DNA from: Acidimicrobiales bacterium
GTDB taxonomy: Bacteria; Actinomycetota; Acidimicrobiia; Acidimicrobiales; SZUA-35
DNA length: 59,455 nt
Direction: 5' to 3'
NCBI GenBank assembly: GCA_041576015.1
Contig: JBFGLT010000002.1
Span: forward strand, 1 to 59,455
Positions within the stretch are counted from its first letter, which is position 1. Every line of letters begins with the position of its first letter. The translations under genes were made by a program, and so were the position numbers. A model generated the notes under the pieces. That model ran no database searches and was not told the DNA's origin. It was given only the letters and a program-made list of their open reading frames with translations. Positions 57,284 through 59,455 of this stretch are shown here, in pieces.

Positions 57284-58216
57284 ATGTCCGGCGACGTGAA
57301 CGCGTTTCGGAGAGCCGAGAGCGCACTCTGGGAGGCGATCGGGGCCCATCCGATCGAGCGGTTCGTGAGACTGAGAACCGGTGGCCGAGTTCGAGTCCAG
57401 GAGCTCGGCGACGGGCCTGCCGTCGTGTTCATCCACGGCGTCAACGTCGCCGGTTCGTCGTGGTGCCTTCTCGCTGCCGCACTCACGGGATTCCGTTGCC
57501 TCCTGGTCGACCGGCCCGGCTGTGGCCTGAGCGATCCAGTGCCCGGCGGGTCGCTCCCCAATGTCGAAGCCGTCCTGGGGTACACCGACGATCTCCTTCG
57601 AGATCTCCTCGACGCGCTGCAACTCGACCGGGCCCACGTGGCGGCAACCTCCTACGGTGGGCTGTTCGCGTTGCGGGGCGCCGCCAGCCATCCCGAACGC
57701 GTCGAACGCATGGTCCTCTACAGCTGGCCGATGGGCGCCCCGATGGACCGGGTGGCCGTCTCGATGCGCCTCGCAGCAATCGCCGGAATTGGGGCGTTGA
57801 GCGCCCGGATGCCGATCACTCCGAGACTGGTGAAATCCCTTCTCTCGCAAGTCGGACTGAAACGCGCCATCGACTCCGGGGCGTTCACCGACGAGATGCT
57901 GGAGTGGACGGTGTCACTTCTGCGGGAAACGGACACCCTGCGAAACGAGTTGCGGGCTTCGCCACGGGTCGTGACGCCGATCAGAGGTCTCAACCCGGAG
58001 ATCCTCCTCACCGATGACACGCTCGCTTGCGTCACTGCGCCGACTCTGTTTCTCTGGGGCGGCGAGGACCCCAACGGCGGAAGAACGATCGCCGAACGCT
58101 TCGTGCAACGCCTCCCCGACGCCGAGCTCGACCTCATCCCGCAGGCCGGCCACGCCCCGTGGATCGACCAGCTCGACCACTGCGCCACCCGAACCGCCGA
58201 GTTTCTACTCGCCTGA
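57284..58216 (+). CDS. Alpha/beta hydrolase fold protein
   Basis: Residue 30 onward of track ORF 57197..58216 (MSGDVNAFRRAE...). PAVVFIHG (oxyanion HG), nucleophile elbow ATSYGG, C-terminal GHAPW. Confidence 0.8.
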   Translation: MSGDVNAFRRAESALWEAIGAHPIERFVRLRTGGRVRVQELGDGPAVVFIHGVNVAGSSWCLLAAALTGFRCLLVDRPGCGLSDPVPGGSLPNVEAVLGYTDDLLRDLLDALQLDRAHVAATSYGGLFALRGAASHPERVERMVLYSWPMGAPMDRVAVSMRLAAIAGIGALSARMPITPRLVKSLLSQVGLKRAIDSGAFTDEMLEWTVSLLRETDTLRNELRASPRVVTPIRGLNPEILLTDDTLACVTAPTLFLWGGEDPNGGRTIAERFVQRLPDAELDLIPQAGHAPWIDQLDHCATRTAEFLLA

Positions 58217-58269
58217 AAGCCGGCGACCGACGTGGTCGTCGCACCGCGTTCGAAACCTACGCTACTCGC

Positions 58270-59082
58270 GTGCAAAGGGAACAACGAGACTGGCGCGAAC
58301 GCCTCCGCCACATCATTTTCGACCACAACACGCGGGAGTCCCGAGCCTTCGACATCGGCTTGCTGGCGCTGATCGCCTTCAGTGTGTTGCTCGTCATGGT
58401 CGAGACGGTCGAGGAGATCGAGGCCCGATACGACACGCTGCTCTTCGGTCTCGAATGGATCATCACGATCCTGTTCACGATCGAATACGGGGCCCGCCTC
58501 ATCGCCGTCGACAACCGACGCCGATATGCCCGCAGCTTCTTCGGCGTCGTCGACCTGATGTCGATCCTCCCGGTGTATCTGAGCCTCGTCCTGCCGGGAG
58601 CGCAATCCCTGCTCGTCGTCCGGTCACTGCGCCTGTTGCGCGTGTTTCGGGTGCTGAAGATGGTGCAGTTCATCGGCGAGGCGGATTTCCTCGTCCGGGC
58701 CATCCGAGCCAGCTCACGCAAGATCATCGTGTTCTTGATCGTCGTCGTCCTCACCAACGTGATCGTCGGGTCGACGATGTACCTCATCGAGGGTCCCGAA
58801 CACGGGTACGACTCGATGTTCCGCGGGGTCTACTGGTCGATCGTCACCATGAGCACGGTCGGCTTCGGCGACATTGCGCCTTCCACTCCTCTTGGCCAAG
58901 TCCTGGCGGCGATGCTGATGATCGTCGGGTACAGCGTCATCGCCGTCCCAACCGGCATCGTGTCGGCTGAAGTGGCTAGCGCCCGCCGTCCGCGCCAGGA
59001 ATCCTGCCGCAACTGCGGATCAGCGGCCCACGCAGAGAACGCTCGTTTCTGTGACGCCTGCGGGTTCCCCCTGCCGGCGTGA
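58270..59082 (+). CDS. Voltage-gated K+ channel (6TM Kv type) with C-terminal zinc-ribbon
   Basis: Residue 82 onward of track ORF 58027..59082 (GTG 58270; start uncertain). S4 RSLRLLRVFRVLK, selectivity filter TMSTVGFGD, C-terminal CRNCGSAAHAENARFCDACGFPL. Confidence 0.8.
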   Translation: MQREQRDWRERLRHIIFDHNTRESRAFDIGLLALIAFSVLLVMVETVEEIEARYDTLLFGLEWIITILFTIEYGARLIAVDNRRRYARSFFGVVDLMSILPVYLSLVLPGAQSLLVVRSLRLLRVFRVLKMVQFIGEADFLVRAIRASSRKIIVFLIVVVLTNVIVGSTMYLIEGPEHGYDSMFRGVYWSIVTMSTVGFGDIAPSTPLGQVLAAMLMIVGYSVIAVPTGIVSAEVASARRPRQESCRNCGSAAHAENARFCDACGFPLPA

Positions 59083-59330
59083 GATCGTGCTCCTTTGCGG
59101 ACGTCGAATCCGAAGCCGCCCCGGAGGACCACGACTCAGGAGTCGGTGATGTGACGTCGGCGGCGGCGCGATCCCGGCTGACCCCTTCACGGACCCAAGT
59201 CGCGCCCGACTCCCAGATTCGCCGGACCGCCGGACCCGCTAGCTGGTCGAAGTCAGCGCTGGTGGCATCATGTCGGAAGATGGCGGCCGCGAAATCCGTC
59301 GTGTGGACCTGTTCAGAGCAACGACCTAGC

Positions 59331-59455
59331 TCAGACGAGTTGGGCGTCCACGGTGATCTCGACGTTGCCGGCGAGCGCCTGTGACACCGGACAGCCGACC
59401 TTGGCGTCCATCGCCGCCTGCTCGAAGGCGTCGCCATCCATCCCCGGGACCTCAC
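59331..59455 (-). CDS. OsmC/Ohr-family protein, C-terminal 41 codons (5' end off-window)
   Basis: Hand translation of the reverse strand gives ...EVPGMDGDAFEQAAMDAKVGCPVSQALAGNVEITVDAQLV-stop (TGA at 59333..59331). GCPVS plus a C-terminal beta strand is the OsmC/Ohr pattern. Not in the track because it is partial. Confidence 0.6.
   Translation of the reverse strand, partial: EVPGMDGDAFEQAAMDAKVGCPVSQALAGNVEITVDAQLV

Noticed and set aside
58976-59455. 159-aa minus-strand ORF at the window end, and the plus-strand ORF 59079..59384
   Set aside because: The minus ORF overlaps the clear OsmC/Ohr C-terminus in a different frame and the channel gene antisense. Both have R/S/P-rich junk composition. 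The 59083-59330 interval is treated as intergenic.
1-59455. Search for rRNA, tRNA (including tRNA-Sec), CRISPR arrays, IS elements/transposases, integrases and selA/selB/selD
   Set aside because: None could be recognised. Intergenic regions are short and show no cloverleaf-like or repeat-spacer structure. The only mobile-like gene is the DUF222-HNH gene. The absence of sel genes from this window says nothing about the rest of the genome.

Overview
High-GC (roughly 68-70% by eye) chromosomal segment with actinobacterial hallmarks: mycofactocin genes, a mycothiol-type DinB-fold enzyme, furA-katG, a PimB-like glycosyltransferase, a REP13E12/DUF222-type HNH gene, many 4-nt start/stop overlaps and some leaderless-looking starts. 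I support about 50 coding regions, mostly housekeeping. They include glpK, ROK glucokinase, an aminotransferase, queG, citrate synthase, a Pat-like GNAT/acyl-CoA synthetase, recCBD, sbcCD, glgP, katG/furA, an ABC-2 exporter and a Kv channel. I found no rRNA, tRNA, CRISPR array or transposase. Many long ORFs in the track are antisense shadow ORFs, or artificial N-terminal extensions typical of GC-rich DNA, so I trimmed starts by hand. Selenium stands out. (1) An ArsC-family reductase gene (29755-30108, minus) is split in the ORF track by an in-frame TGA. That TGA falls exactly on the catalytic cysteine codon and is followed by an fdhF-like SECIS hairpin, so I predict a selenocysteine protein. 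(2) An operon at 48695-54670 has the YqeB and YqeC markers of selenium-dependent molybdenum hydroxylases. Its XdhD-like catalytic subunit has an N-terminal 2Fe-2S-like module in which all eight cysteine ligands are replaced. Other notable items: a hand-found 44-codon mftA (ends IDGMCGVY) with mftB and mftC but no mftD/E/F nearby; an SMC/YhaN-like coiled-coil protein lacking both Walker motifs; a perfect LexA/Cheo box in front of the DUF222-HNH gene, beside a frameshifted P450 remnant; and a 37-bp duplicated GTAAC/GTTAC operator-like unit at the start of a CGNR zinc-finger gene. All functional calls come from motif recognition by eye. No database search was run.
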